Below the pieces are notes generated by a model that was not told where the DNA came from, searched no databases, and was given only the letters and a program-made list of their open reading frames with translations. From contig NC_057719.1 of NCBI RefSeq assembly GCF_004010195.1, forward strand, positions 72,700,088-72,764,087: a stretch of DNA of 64,000 bases, in the 5' to 3' direction. This document shows, piece by piece, positions 63,246 to 64,000 of this stretch. The DNA comes from Chiloscyllium plagiosum (taxonomy: Eukaryota). A program made the position numbers and the translations under genes. Each line of letters starts with the position of its first letter. Positions within the stretch are counted from its first letter, which is position 1.

Positions 63246-64000
63246 AGGTTCAGAGCCAATAGAACAAGGATCATTCAGAGCTGACCTTTTACAAGAGAGT
63301 GGAAATGTTAGTACAAGAAATGGACTATAATTCACAAGAAAGGAAAAATAAACCACAAACATAACCATTGTACGAACAGCAATCTCCTCCCATCAACAAA
63401 CAAACAAATCTCCAAGTGAAGTGGACTACTTCAAATCTCAACTATATTGCTCTCAGTTCAAAAAGCTGTGACAAGAATTCTGATGTCAATTCACTCCTCC
63501 AGCATGCAACTGAAAATATATAATAGCTTCATAAAGTGTGTAAAATGTACTTTTTAAAAAGCATCTGACAACTTAAAATTGATTGGAACCGACATTTTGG
63601 ACACTAATTCTCTGATTATAATTTGTAATGTGGTCACAAATGCATGATGATTTAACTCAAAACCAAACAAAATGTTAGATTGCCCAACAAGTCAAATAAA
63701 TTGTATTTATAATGCTAAAGTGAAATCCTGAGAAATGGGAAGCACACACATCCAGACCTCTGTTAACAGGCAGGCACTACAGAGGATTATTTCATCATAT
63801 TCACAAAAACAAAACTCAAATCTGGAAGCGCACTGCAATTATTTTGAAGAGAGAACAGCTAAGCTAAAGCAAAGTGTCACACCAATTCTGTGTTAGGCTG
63901 TGATATGTAGAGTACTCTTGTTTTTGGGCTTCAGATTTCCAGTGTTTCATCTGGACACAAATTCACTATCTTATTCTGAGAAATAAATGTATCGACCTGA

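Overview
Vertebrate genomic DNA, almost certainly from a shark (inferred from abundant HE1-type tRNA-derived SINEs, CR1/HER1-type LINE fragments, Deu-domain SINEs and Penelope-like termini). The gene order is STRN3 - AP4S1 - HECTD1, as on human 14q12. It contains STRN3 coding exon 1 (- strand, 27571-27813; intron 1 runs off the left edge) and a CpG-rich head-to-head promoter. It also holds the complete 144-aa AP4S1 CDS in five coding exons (+ strand), including a 12-nt microexon followed by a U12-type intron, and the last five coding exons of HECTD1 (- strand). The most striking object lies in STRN3 intron 1: a complete 4.33-kb non-autonomous LTR retroelement (10320-14653, - strand). It has two 529-bp LTRs, an ACTC target-site duplication, a tRNA-Ser-like PBS and a PPT. 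It has no recognisable intact gag/pol but carries an intronless, internally deleted copy of a host RBPMS/RBPMS2 mRNA in the env-like position, with candidate splice sites and a B-box tandem array in its leader. Other notable items are hammerhead-ribozyme cores in many Penelope-like termini, a tRNA-Pro(intron)-5S-SINE Pol III cassette, a ~104-bp fold-back hairpin and a solo LTR nested in a CR1. All calls were made by eye; repeat boundaries and family names are approximate.
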